From the NCBI GenBank assembly GCA_046597055.1, contig JBKJLC010000202.1, positions 1-64,000 of the forward strand: a stretch of 64,000 nt of DNA, read 5' to 3'. Position 1 is the stretch's first letter; every line of letters begins with the position of its first letter. This document shows positions 10,164 to 20,885 of this stretch, piece after piece. Under the pieces are notes generated by a model, which was not told where the DNA came from, did no database searches, and saw nothing but the letters and a program-made list of their open reading frames with translations. The stretch comes from Kofleriaceae bacterium (lineage in GTDB: Bacteria; Myxococcota_A; Polyangia; Haliangiales; Haliangiaceae). Both the position numbers and the translations under genes were made by a program.

Positions 10164-11140
10164 CGCCGCTGCCTCCGCTGCCGCTCCCGGAAGAACCGCA
10201 GCACCGGGTCGACCACCGAGCCCTGGGCGTCGACCCGCATCAGATCGACCCCGCTCGCGCGCAGCCCGTCCGCCAGCCGGGTCAGGCGCGCCGCCGCGTC
10301 CTGCGCGGCCCGCTCGCGGTACGCCGCCGAGCGGGTGTCGACCAGCCGGGTCCGGCCGGTCTCGGCGTCCTCGAGCGTGACCAGCCCGGCCGGGGTCAGC
10401 GCCAGCTCGCGCGGATCGGTCACCAGCGCGGCGACCACGTCGTGCTTGCGGTTGGCGTGGCGCAGCACCTCGAGGTAGCCGTCGTCGAGGAAGTCCGACA
10501 CCAGGAACACCACCGCGCGCCGCGGCAGCACCTTGCGACAGAACTCGAGCGCGGCCGCGATGCTGGTCGCCCGCCGATCGGAGCCGCGGGTCTGATCGAC
10601 CAGGCCGCGGAACCACGCCCACACCCGGCGCGGCAGCTCGGCCGGCGACCACCGCGGCGCGACCGTCGCCGGCACGTCGTGGCCCCGCGCGAACACCTCG
10701 CGGATGATCCGCAGCGCGTGCTTGCCGCCCTTGCGCGGCGGGATGTACGCATCCGCCCCGCGATGGAACAGGAGCAGGCCGACCTTGTCGCCGTTCTCCA
10801 CCGCCGACATCGCCAAGAGCGCGCACAGCTCGACCGCGGCCTCGAGCTTCGAGCGCCGGCCCGAGCCGAAGTCCTGCGAGTGGCTGACGTCGCACACCAG
10901 CATGACGGTCAGCTCGCGCTCCTCGACGAACCGCTTCACGAACGGCTCGCCGGTGCGCGCGGTGACGTTCCAGTCGATCGTCCGCACGTCGTCGCCCGGC
11001 ACGTAGGGCCGGACCTCGTCGAACTCCATGCCACGGCCCTTGAAGACCGAGAGGTAGGCGCCGGCCATGACGTCGGCGACCTGCCGGCCGGTCACGAACT
11101 GGATGCGCTTGACCTCGCGCGCGAGCTCGGCGGGGAGCAT
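10160..11140 (-). CDS. DUF58 domain protein
   Basis: SVFKGRGMEFDEVRPYVPGDDVRTIDWNVTAR...EEREL and SDF motifs. Confidence 0.93.
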   Translation of the reverse strand: MLPAELAREVKRIQFVTGRQVADVMAGAYLSVFKGRGMEFDEVRPYVPGDDVRTIDWNVTARTGEPFVKRFVEERELTVMLVCDVSHSQDFGSGRRSKLEAAVELCALLAMSAVENGDKVGLLLFHRGADAYIPPRKGGKHALRIIREVFARGHDVPATVAPRWSPAELPRRVWAWFRGLVDQTRGSDRRATSIAAALEFCRKVLPRRAVVFLVSDFLDDGYLEVLRHANRKHDVVAALVTDPRELALTPAGLVTLEDAETGRTRLVDTRSAAYRERAAQDAAARLTRLADGLRASGVDLMRVDAQGSVVDPVLRFFRERQRRQRR

Positions 11141-11159
11141 GTCGGTACCTGCCTCGCCC

Positions 11160-12143
<984 letters not shown>

Positions 12144-12236
12144 AAAGCCTCGTGGGCACACCATCTATGGCGGCTGGGGTGCCGTGTCAACTGCTCGCTG
12201 CCGCTCGCTATTCCCGGCTGCGACAGCTGCGACAGG

Positions 12237-12273
12237 CCGGAGCGGGTCGGGAACGACCGGAGCGGGTCGGGAA
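12237..12273 (+). repeat. 17-bp direct repeat CCGGAGCGGGTCGGGAA x2 (20-bp period)
   Basis: Exact copies at 12237-12253 and 12257-12273 in the intergenic region upstream of moxR. Confidence 0.85.
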
Positions 12274-12333
12274 TCGTGCGTGACGCCGTCGTGTTTACCG
12301 CGCGAGTGTCGCCTTCCCACGGTGAAGCGCCCC

Positions 12334-12672
12334 ATGGTTGACCGCAGGCGCGCGGACACGCGTCAGCCGCTGGCGACGCCCACGCCACGGCTCGGCATGG
12401 CGCCACCGCCGCGCGCGACCCCCGCCGAGCCCGACCCCACCGATCCCGCGTTTCCGGTTCACATCCCGCTCGAGCGCGCCGACACTGCGCCGGTGTCGAC
12501 CGGTCCCGACCCCCACGACCCCGGGCTCGACTTCGAAGACCCGACCAAGCCGGCGTATCACGCGCTCGCCGTCCGTGGTGCCGAGCTGCGCGCGCGCGCC
12601 GGTCGCTCGAAGCGCCCGACCGATCCGCTGCCGCTGCCGCATCCGCCTTCGAATCGCGACCGCCAGCGCTGA
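12334..12672 (+). CDS. Pro-rich hypothetical protein
   Basis: ORF fills an otherwise empty gap and has a GC-rich third position. No recognisable motif. Confidence 0.4.
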   Translation: MVDRRRADTRQPLATPTPRLGMAPPPRATPAEPDPTDPAFPVHIPLERADTAPVSTGPDPHDPGLDFEDPTKPAYHALAVRGAELRARAGRSKRPTDPLPLPHPPSNRDRQR

Positions 12673-12818
12673 CTCGCTGTTCGCGCTGCGCCGCGCGACC
12701 CGGGCTGCGACGGCATGCGACGTCGCGGGGACGGGCAACTCGAGGCGGGGCCTCCGCAACCGGCGTCGAGATCCGGGGCAGAACGCGCGCTTGCAACTGC
12801 GCGCCTCGTGGCCGTCGA

Positions 12819-12834
12819 TGGCACGAACGTCGCA
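12819..12834 (+). promoter_or_regulatory. Putative sigma-54 promoter
   Basis: TGGCACGAACGTCGCA has GG-N10-GC spacing and matches TGGCACG-N4-TTGC at all but one base. It lies 18 nt before the ATG at 12853. Confidence 0.6.
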
Positions 12835-12852
12835 ATGGCCGTCTTTACCAAC

Positions 12853-13275
12853 ATGAAGACCATCGCCGCTCTCACGATCGCACCCCTCTGTATCCTTGCC
12901 GGCTGCGCCTCGTCGATGAGCCCGGGCCGCACCGCCACCGCCGAGCCGCGAAGCGGCCTGTCGGTGGACCTCGAGATCACCGATGCTGCCGCGCCGTCCT
13001 TCCCGCAGCGCATCGCGACCGCCGCGACGCCGCGCCGGGCCAACCAGCTCGCGACCCGCGTGGTTGCCGAGCTCGGCGGTCAGGCCCGCGCCGACCTCCA
13101 GCTGTGCGTCGACGCCGCCGGTCGCGTCACCAAGGCCGACGTCGCCCGCAGCTCCGGCATCGGCGAGCTCGATGCGGTGTTCGCCACCGAGGCCAGGAGC
13201 TGGCGCTACCAGCCGCTCGCCGCCACCGACGCCACGGTCTGCCAGAAGGTCGAGATCGCGTACCGCGTCCGCTGA
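12853..13275 (+). CDS. Lipoprotein with TonB C-terminal domain
   Basis: LAGC lipobox. LCVDAAGRVTKADVARSSGIGELDAVF..ARSWRYQP fits the TonB_C pattern. Confidence 0.8.
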   Translation: MKTIAALTIAPLCILAGCASSMSPGRTATAEPRSGLSVDLEITDAAAPSFPQRIATAATPRRANQLATRVVAELGGQARADLQLCVDAAGRVTKADVARSSGIGELDAVFATEARSWRYQPLAATDATVCQKVEIAYRVR

Positions 13276-13451
13276 GCCTGCTGGGCGCGTCCGCGAGGCG
13301 GTGACGAACCGCTGACGGGCGCACTGCCCGATGGCGCGCAGGAACTGACAGCTCGAGCTGGCGCAGCGCGGATCGTGCCGACGGCTGCCAGCAATGGGGT
13401 GACGCCCGCCGGATCGTCGGCGAGGCCCCGGAGTTGCAATCTTCGTCGGGC

Positions 13452-13991
13452 ATGCGACGCCGTACCCCCTGTCTCCTCGCGACCCTGCTCGTGACCGCGC
13501 TGTCCTCGGTGGCGGCCGCCGACGAGGCGCCCCCCGAAGGCGACCGCTACGCCGCCCTGGGGCTTGGCGGCTCGTTCCTGAAGTGGGCCCACGGCTCGCT
13601 GGTGCTCGACGCGGGCCAGCGCCTGCCGGGCCTCCCGCTGTGGCTGCACGGCCGCATCGCGGGTGGGTACGCCACCGATCTCGAGATGACGGGCTGGAGC
13701 GTGCGCGCCGAGGCAGGCGTGGAGGGCCGGCTCTGCACCCGGGGCGGCGGCCTGTGCGGAACGCTCGGCCTCGACGCCGGCGTGCTCGGAGGCCGGATCA
13801 GCGACTCGGACGACGTCCACGGCCTGCTGGTCCCGATGGCGGCCGCGCGCGCCGGCGTGGAGGCCGAGGTGGCGCCGCACGTCGTGCTGAGCTTGACGGT
13901 CGAGGGGCTGCACATGTTCCAGAAGAACGACGGCACCGACGACCCGCAGTTCGGCGCCGGCATCCAGCTGAGCTTGCTCCGCCGATGGTGA
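13452..13991 (+). CDS. Small secreted / outer-membrane beta-barrel protein
   Basis: Signal peptide ending AAA-D, alternating Gly/hydrophobic strands, C-terminal aromatic W. Confidence 0.65.
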   Translation: MRRRTPCLLATLLVTALSSVAAADEAPPEGDRYAALGLGGSFLKWAHGSLVLDAGQRLPGLPLWLHGRIAGGYATDLEMTGWSVRAEAGVEGRLCTRGGGLCGTLGLDAGVLGGRISDSDDVHGLLVPMAAARAGVEAEVAPHVVLSLTVEGLHMFQKNDGTDDPQFGAGIQLSLLRRW

Positions 13992-14077
13992 GCCCGGTGG
14001 GTCCGCGCCGCGATCTCTGCCCGGCCGTGCCGTCGGAGCGGGGCAACCCCGCCGCGCGGAAGTACGGTCGTACCGTC

Positions 14078-14497
14078 GTGCGCACCACGCTCCTGCTCGC
14101 GATCTCGCTCACCGGCTGCATCTCGGGCCGGATCGGCCCGGGCCTGCGGCCGGACTGGAGCCAGGCGAGCCGCGATCCGGATCCGACCCGGACGCTGGTC
14201 GAGCCGACCGAGGTGAACCCGTGGGGCAGCGGCGAGGCCGGTCAGGGCTCGCCCGACCCCCAGCGCGTGAAGCGCAGCCCGCGTCGCGATGTCGCCGAGC
14301 GCTCGGCCGCGACGTTCCTCGGCTGGATGGCCGCGGGATGGTCGCCGCTCCTGACCTTCCACGGCGAGTTCGAGGAAGACCCGGTCGCGCGCAAGAAGCT
14401 GCGGCGCGAGCGCGCCGCGGCCGATGCCAAGGATGATGCCGCCACCGAAGCCGCTGCCGAAGACGCCGCCGAGCCCGCCGACGCCGACCCGAGGTGA
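14078..14497 (+). CDS. Hypothetical lipoprotein
   Basis: VRTTLLLAISLTGC lipobox and an acidic tail. Confidence 0.6.
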   Translation: MRTTLLLAISLTGCISGRIGPGLRPDWSQASRDPDPTRTLVEPTEVNPWGSGEAGQGSPDPQRVKRSPRRDVAERSAATFLGWMAAGWSPLLTFHGEFEEDPVARKKLRRERAAADAKDDAATEAAAEDAAEPADADPR

Positions 14498-14503
14498 CGC
14501 GTC

Positions 14504-15571
14504 TCAGCGCGCCCGACGGAACCAGATCGACAGCCGCGGGTTCTGGCTGCGTCGCCACAGGAACCCGTCGACGACGTAGTGGGTGAGCTGGGGCACCGCG
14601 AGCAGCGGCACCAGCACGACGTGCAGGTCGTCGAGGCCGAGGTCGCCGCCGAACCAGGCCGCGCGCTCGTGCCAGACCGCGCGATCCCACAGCAGCTCCT
14701 CGAGGTACGCGACCGCCCACAGCGTCGCGACGAAGCCGAGCGCGGCCCGCGCCGGCGCCGCGCCGAGCACCCGGGCCCCGGCGCCCTCGGTGGTGACCGC
14801 GCGGCCGAACGAGAAGACCAGCATCGCGTACGGCACCCCGTGGATGAGGACGTTGGTGATGGTGAAGGCCAGGTCGGCGTCGGTGGCGACGATGCCGACG
14901 TACCAGCACGCCGCGGTCGACGCGAGCAGGAGGTGCTTGCCCCACGGCACCGGCGCGCGCCGGGCGGTGACCACCGCGCGCGCGACGTACGCGGCCAGGA
15001 TCGCGAGGTAGCCGACCCCGGCCACCGACCCGATCACCGCCGGCAGCCCGCCCGCGAAGTCGCCCTCGCGAAACCAGGCGAACTCGCGCGGCAGGTGGGC
15101 ATGCCACCAGATCAGCGGGTACAGGGTCGCGCCGTAGATCGCGGCGCCGTCGATCAGCGCGCCGGCGCGGCCGCGATCGCCGGCGCGCGCGCGATAGAGC
15201 GCCATCCAGCCGTACTGCTGGCGCACGAAGTGGAACACCGCGAGATACGCGAGCGCGCGCCAGAAGGCGGCGGGCCCGCCGAGCGTGTAGAGGACCACGC
15301 CGGCGCCCCAGCCCAGGAGCGGCGTCAGCACGTACCGCCACGGGTGGCGGCGCAGCTCGGCGGGGTCGAGGTAGGTGACGAACCCGGTCGACCACACGTG
15401 GGCCACGTCGACCAGCAGCACCGCGGTGATCCAGGTCCAGTCCGGGCTGTCGGCGGGCAGGCCGAGCGCGGGCGCCGGCGCGACCACCGCCAGTGCCACC
15501 ACCGCCGGCAGCGCGAACACCGCCAGGTCGATCGACGCCGAGAAGATCCAGCACGACGGGGTCGGGGTCAC
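14504..15571 (-). CDS. Conserved multi-pass membrane protein
   Basis: About 9 TM segments with His motifs (DVAHVWST, FHFVRQQYG, IHGVPY, THYVVDGFLW). GTGA-coupled to the oxidoreductase. Confidence 0.8.
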   Translation of the reverse strand: MTPTPSCWIFSASIDLAVFALPAVVALAVVAPAPALGLPADSPDWTWITAVLLVDVAHVWSTGFVTYLDPAELRRHPWRYVLTPLLGWGAGVVLYTLGGPAAFWRALAYLAVFHFVRQQYGWMALYRARAGDRGRAGALIDGAAIYGATLYPLIWWHAHLPREFAWFREGDFAGGLPAVIGSVAGVGYLAILAAYVARAVVTARRAPVPWGKHLLLASTAACWYVGIVATDADLAFTITNVLIHGVPYAMLVFSFGRAVTTEGAGARVLGAAPARAALGFVATLWAVAYLEELLWDRAVWHERAAWFGGDLGLDDLHVVLVPLLAVPQLTHYVVDGFLWRRSQNPRLSIWFRRAR

Positions 15572-17184
15572 GCCAGCGCCGCCTTCACCTCGTCGGCCGC
15601 GCGCACGCCGTGGTCGAGCGCCTCCTCGAACAGCGCCACCCCCGACAGGTCCCCGGCGGCGAAGTGGATCGGGCCGAGCGGCGCGCGCGCGGCGCGCAGC
15701 GCGGGATCGAAGACGGTGCCGGGCCGGGGCCGCGGCATCCCGTGGCCCCAGTAGGCGACGTCGATCCGGAAGCAGCGGTCGGCGAGATCGCGATGGGCGC
15801 GGCCGAGGTCGGCGAGCGCGGCGCTGGCCCAGTCCTCGCGCGTCGCGCCGTCGAGCTGGCGGCGCGCGGTCGCGCCGTCGCCGGTGAACGGGTAGTACCA
15901 GGTGAGCACGGTCGGGCCGTGGTCGCGGCCGCGCTGGTGGGTCGCGACCACGTAGCCGAGGCTGGGGCTGTCGTAGAGCAGGTTGTCCCACGCCAGCGGC
16001 GCGTCGCCGCCGCGCTCGCGCAAGCGTCCGTCGAGATGCAGGTTGGCGACCGCCCACGCGCCGCGATCGATCGCGGGGACCGCGCGGGCGCCGGTGCGCA
16101 GCGGCGCCACGATGTGCCGGGCCACGAACATCGGCGCCGCGACGATCGCCCGGCGCGCGCGCACGCCGACCGGACCCCCGGCGGTCATCGCGACCACCTC
16201 CACGCCACCGTCCACCGTGGGCCGCACGTCGACCGCGGCATGGCCGGGCCACACCCGCGGGCCCAGCCGGCCGGTGAGGTGGGCGATCAGGCGGCCGTTG
16301 CCGTCGGGCCAGGTGACCACCGGCTGGTGGTCGGCACCCGGCTTCATCATGCGGGCCGCGAAGTAGCCGACCCCGGCCCACGCGCTGGTGTCGGCGGCGA
16401 GCAGGCCGTAGTCGTCTCGGCACGCGTAGTCGGCGAGCCAGCGCAGGCGCGGCGAGGTCAGGCCCTGCCCGTCGAGCCAGCTCGCGAACGACACCCGATC
16501 GAGGCCCGCGACCTCGGCGTGATCGGAGCCGGCCGACGCCGGCAGCGCGAACGCGCGGCGGCCTGACGGATCGCGCCACCCGACCCAGCGGTCGATCGCG
16601 GCGCGGAAGCGCGTCAGCTGCGCGCGATCCTCGACGCTGGCGCCGGCATGCAGGTACTGGCCGTCGTACCAGCGGCCGCGAAAGAACACCCGCTCCTCGG
16701 GCTCGCGACAGCGCGCCTGCTCCACCACCACCGGCGCGCCGTCGCCATCGGGCGGATCGAGCATCCCCTGCTCGCCCAGGAGCGCGACCAGCGCCGCCTG
16801 CTCGCGCTGGGGCGCGACGATGTAGTGCGCGCCCCACGGGTACCGCGTCACCGCCGAGCTGCCGGCGCGCGCGGTGCCGCCGGCGACCTCGTCGAGCTCG
16901 AGCACCACGACGTCGGCGAGCCCGGCCCGATCGAGCCACCAGGCCGCGGTCAGGCCGGCCACGCCGCCGCCGATCACGACCACCGTGGCGGTCCGCCACC
17001 GGTCGTCCGGAACCCGGACACTCGCGGGATCGGCCAGCTCGCGCAGCCGGTGGCCGGCCAGCTTGCCCGGCACCAAGAGCTCGCCGTCGGGCAGCCCGGG
17101 CCGGCCGCCCCGACACGCGGCGAGCGCGACCGGCGCGCCCAGCAGCCACCCGACGAAGTCGCGCCGCGACGGCCCTACTGCCAC
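15568..17184 (-). CDS. FAD-dependent oxidoreductase (flavin amine oxidase-like), Tat lipoprotein
   Basis: SRRDF twin-Arg, LAAC lipobox, VVIGGGVAGL dinucleotide motif, WGAHY, CRDDYG, WGHGMP, LFEEA. Confidence 0.88.
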   Translation of the reverse strand: MAVGPSRRDFVGWLLGAPVALAACRGGRPGLPDGELLVPGKLAGHRLRELADPASVRVPDDRWRTATVVVIGGGVAGLTAAWWLDRAGLADVVVLELDEVAGGTARAGSSAVTRYPWGAHYIVAPQREQAALVALLGEQGMLDPPDGDGAPVVVEQARCREPEERVFFRGRWYDGQYLHAGASVEDRAQLTRFRAAIDRWVGWRDPSGRRAFALPASAGSDHAEVAGLDRVSFASWLDGQGLTSPRLRWLADYACRDDYGLLAADTSAWAGVGYFAARMMKPGADHQPVVTWPDGNGRLIAHLTGRLGPRVWPGHAAVDVRPTVDGGVEVVAMTAGGPVGVRARRAIVAAPMFVARHIVAPLRTGARAVPAIDRGAWAVANLHLDGRLRERGGDAPLAWDNLLYDSPSLGYVVATHQRGRDHGPTVLTWYYPFTGDGATARRQLDGATREDWASAALADLGRAHRDLADRCFRIDVAYWGHGMPRPRPGTVFDPALRAARAPLGPIHFAAGDLSGVALFEEALDHGVRAADEVKAALA

Positions 17185-18690
17185 CGCCGCCACTCCGCCT
17201 CGTAGTACCGGATGAGGCGCTGGTCGTCGAGCTGGTTGATCTCGACCGGCACCGCCGCCATGTCGGCCGGGAACCGGAACATCGTCGCCAGCGCCTCGCC
17301 GTCGAGGAACCGGCGGCCGGGCAGCGCCGTCACCGGGGCCGCGAACTCGTGGCGCATCGCGAGCGCGAAGCCCCACTCGCCGAACGACGGCACCGCCACG
17401 TGGTACGGGCGCACGGTCAACGCGGCCGCGCGCATGGTCGCGATCACGCACCAGAACGACTTGCGGGCGAACAGCGGCGAGGTCGCCTGCACCGCGATCG
17501 CGCCGTCGGGCGCCATCCGCGACGCCAGCAGCTGGTAGAAGCGCCGGGTGTAGAGCTTGCCGAGGGCGAACGTGTTGGGGTCGGGGAAGTCGACGATCGC
17601 CACGTCCCAGCCGCCGGGCGCGGTCTCGAGCCAGATCATCGCGTCGTCGTTGACGATCCGGACCCGCGGATCGTGCAAGGCGCCCTGGTTGAGCTGGCGC
17701 AGGATCTCGAGCTCGCGGCCGAGCGCCGTCATCGCCGGATCGAGGTCGACCAGGGTGACCTCCGCCACCGACGGGTGGGCGAGGATCTCGCGCACCGCCA
17801 GGCCGTCGCCGCCGCCGAGCACCAGCACCCGCCGCGGCGGTCGGCCCGCGGTCTCGCCGGCCGCGAGCATCGCCGGGTGGACCAGGGCCTCGTGGTAGCG
17901 GTACTCGTCGCCCGAGGCGAACTGCAGGTTGCCGCTCAGGAACAGCTGGAAGCCGGTCGGGCTCCGGGTGACCACGATGCGCTGGTACGACGAGGTCTGG
18001 GCATGCACGATCTCGTCGGCGTACAGCCGCTCCTCCGACCAGGTAGTCAGCCGGGTCGACAGCACCAGCCCGGCGATCAGGATCGCGATCACGATCAGCG
18101 CGCGCACCCGCACCGCGGTCGGCGAGCGCAGGTGCGGCGCCAGCAGCCAGCTGCCCCACAGGCCGACCAGCGCGTTGCCGAGCCCGACCAGCAGCGAGGT
18201 GCGGACCAGCCCGAGCTCGGGCACCAGCACCAGCGGGAACAACAGTGACGCGAACAGCGCACCGGCGTAGTCGAAGGTCAGCACCCGCGCGACCAGGTCC
18301 TTGAACGCGACCTGGCCCTGCAGCAGCCGCATCAAGAGCGGCAGCTCGAGCCCGACCAGCGTGCCGATCACGAACACGAAGCCGAGCAGCACCAGCTGGA
18401 AGTTGCGCACCTCGGCGAACGCGAGGAACAGCACCGGCGCCGACAGGCCGCCGATCAGCGCCACCAGCAGCTCCGGATAGGTGTGGCAGGCCAGGTGCGA
18501 CTCCGACAGCAGGTACAGCGCGGTGACGCCGCCAGGACCGCCGAAGTGATGGACCTGCGGCGCGCCGACCACCGCGAGGCCGAGCGCCGCGATCACGCCG
18601 TCGCACAGCCGCGTCAACCCGGCGGGGTCACGCAGCCGCGTCGGCTCGCAGCCGAACGCATCGACGATCCATTCGGTGCCCCCCCGTCAC
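17175..18690 (-). pseudogene. speE: Chimeric speD(5' part)::membrane-type spermidine synthase speE with a +1 frameshift after the start
   Basis: N-terminus GTEWIVDAFGC...LSESHLACHTYPE (AdoMetDC) is joined directly to the SpeE TM domain. The catalytic part has DEYRYHEALVHP, LGGGDGL and DFPDP. The G7 run at 18679-18685 puts the GTG at 18690 out of frame. A rescue TTG start at 18617 is possible. Confidence 0.75.
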
Positions 18691-18763
18691 TGGTGCGAAC
18701 GTAACACCGGCCGAGCCCGACCTGCGCACGCGGCGGCTCGGTTGCCGGGTCGTGCCGGCGCGA

Positions 18764-20158
18764 TCAGGGCGCGGCCGCGCGGTCGACCGGCGGGACCGGC
18801 GGGACCGGATCGACCAGCCGCGCCGCCGCTGGCATGGCGACCCCGCCGTCGGCCGCGATGCCGCGCACCGGCGGCAGCTTGCCGACCGGTCCGGTGATGA
18901 GCCGCACGCCGCGCTGGAACCAGATCCACTGCCACGCCCACGACAGCACCACCGCGACCCGGTTGCGGAAGCCGATCACGTACACGACGTGCAGCACCCA
19001 CCAGAACAACCACGCGAAGAAGCCGTGGTGGGTCGTGCGGCCGATCTGTACGACCGCCGACTTGCGCCCGATCGTCGCCATCGAGCCCTTGTCCCAGTAC
19101 TTGAACGGCTTGCGCGGCTTGCCGGCGAGATCGGCCTTGATCATCTTCGCGGCGTGGGTGCCACCCTGCATCGCGCCCTGCGCCACGCCCGGCACCGCCT
19201 TGCCGTCGTTGATCGAGGCCGCGAGATCGCCGACCACGAACACCTCGGGATGACCGGGCACGCTGAGATCGGGCTCGACCAGCACCCGACCCGCGCGATC
19301 GAGCGACACGCCGAGCGTGCGCGCCAGCGGGGACGCCTGGACGCCGGCCGCCCACAGCACGGTGTGAGCAGCGACAGGCTCGACCCGTCCGTCGGTGAGC
19401 GTGAGCTCGACGCCCGCCTCGTCGATCGAGGTGACCTTGGCGCCGGTCCGCACCTCGACCTGCCGCTTCTCGAGCGAGCGCTGGGCCGCGGTCGACAGCT
19501 TCTCGACGTAGCTCGGCAGGATCCGCGGCCCGGCCTCGACCAGCAGCACCCGCACCTGGGTCGGATCGATCCGGCGGAAGTCGTTGGCGAGCGTGTGCAG
19601 GCCGATCTCGGCCAGCGCACCGGCCAGCTCGACCCCGGTCGCGCCGGCGCCGACGACGACGAAGGTCAGCCATGAATTCTGCACGACCGGGTCGGCCTCG
19701 CGCTCGGCGGCCTCGTAGGCGAGGAAGACGCGGCGCCGGATCTCGAGCGCGTCCTCGACCGTCTTCAGCCCCGGGGCGTTCTTGGCCCAGGTGTCCTTCC
19801 CGAAGTACGAGTGGGTCGCGCCGGTCGCGACGACCAGGTAGTCGTACGCGAGCTCGCCGTCGTCGAGCACCACCCGCCGCGCGGCCGTGTCGATCGCGCA
19901 CGCCTCGGCCAGCAGCACCCGCGTGTTGCGCTGCTTCTTCACGATCGCGCGGATCGGATATGCGATGTCGCCCGGGTTCAGCGCCGCGGTGGCGACCTGG
20001 TACAGCAGCGGCTGGAACAGGTGATGGTTGCGGCGGTCGATGAGCGTGATGCTCACGCCGGACTTGCGCAGCGCGCGTGCCGCCCACAGCCCGCCGAACC
20101 CGCCGCCGATGATCACGACGTGAGGTTGCTTCGGATTCGAGTGACCGTTGGTCGCCAT
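18764..20158 (-). CDS. ndh: Type II NADH:quinone oxidoreductase
   Basis: GGGFGG, HLFQPLLYQVAT, GAGATGVELAG, WAAGV, VFVVGD, YWDKGSMATIGR. GGAGG RBS. Confidence 0.95.
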   Translation of the reverse strand: MATNGHSNPKQPHVVIIGGGFGGLWAARALRKSGVSITLIDRRNHHLFQPLLYQVATAALNPGDIAYPIRAIVKKQRNTRVLLAEACAIDTAARRVVLDDGELAYDYLVVATGATHSYFGKDTWAKNAPGLKTVEDALEIRRRVFLAYEAAEREADPVVQNSWLTFVVVGAGATGVELAGALAEIGLHTLANDFRRIDPTQVRVLLVEAGPRILPSYVEKLSTAAQRSLEKRQVEVRTGAKVTSIDEAGVELTLTDGRVEPVAAHTVLWAAGVQASPLARTLGVSLDRAGRVLVEPDLSVPGHPEVFVVGDLAASINDGKAVPGVAQGAMQGGTHAAKMIKADLAGKPRKPFKYWDKGSMATIGRKSAVVQIGRTTHHGFFAWLFWWVLHVVYVIGFRNRVAVVLSWAWQWIWFQRGVRLITGPVGKLPPVRGIAADGGVAMPAAARLVDPVPPVPPVDRAAAP

Positions 20159-20305
20159 GCCTCCTTGATGTGGCCGATCGCTCGATCGCCGCAAGGCGTC
20201 ATCGCGCTCGATAGCTGGATCTATGCCCAGAGACTGGGCGGGTGACGTAAATAAACGCCCCGTCTCACCCTCACCGAATCGGGCTCGGCTACGCTCAAGG
20301 CAGGC

Positions 20306-20818
20306 ATGTCCGACCCCGCTCTCCAGCACCTCACCGCCGAACTGGCCGAGCTCTTCGAGACCGCACTCTCGGTCGAGCCGCCCGCCGGGCTTCCGGATCG
20401 CTGGAAGGCCGTCCTCGATCGCCACGGCGTGAAGCCCGATCTCGAAGATGACGACGACCGCTACGAGCTCGCGGTCCGGTTCGGGCTCGCGCGGGGCGCC
20501 CCGCCCGGCGAGGTCAAGCACTGCGCCGACGCCGTGATCGCGCGCTTCGTGGCGGCCGAGCAGGCCACCGGCCGCGACCCGAGCGCGGTCAGCGCAGTCA
20601 CCGCGCAGCTCGCCCACGACCTCGAGGAGAGCTACCTCGCCTACGCGATGTACCGGGCCAAGGTGATCACGGGCGACCCGATCAAGTCGCAGCACGAGCG
20701 CACCAAGATGTGGGCGCGGCCACCGGCTGGCTACGTCGTACCGTGCACGACCTGCGGCGGCCCTCGGTTCGACGAGTCGATCGCCTGCAGCTTCTGCGCA
20801 GCGCACCTCGCGGAGTAA
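20306..20818 (+). CDS. Hypothetical protein with C-terminal zinc ribbon
   Basis: CTTCGGP...CSFC at the C-terminus, typical codon usage. Confidence 0.7.
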   Translation: MSDPALQHLTAELAELFETALSVEPPAGLPDRWKAVLDRHGVKPDLEDDDDRYELAVRFGLARGAPPGEVKHCADAVIARFVAAEQATGRDPSAVSAVTAQLAHDLEESYLAYAMYRAKVITGDPIKSQHERTKMWARPPAGYVVPCTTCGGPRFDESIACSFCAAHLAE

Positions 20819-20885
20819 CTTCGCGACCGGCGCCCGCATCGCGCTGACCTGGCGAGCGACCGCGTGCCGTGATTCAGGGCCAGCG

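Noticed and set aside
17175..18617. Functional SpeD-SpeE fusion enzyme
   Set aside because: The AdoMetDC part lacks its C-terminal half and the start is frameshifted. It looks like a deletion product.
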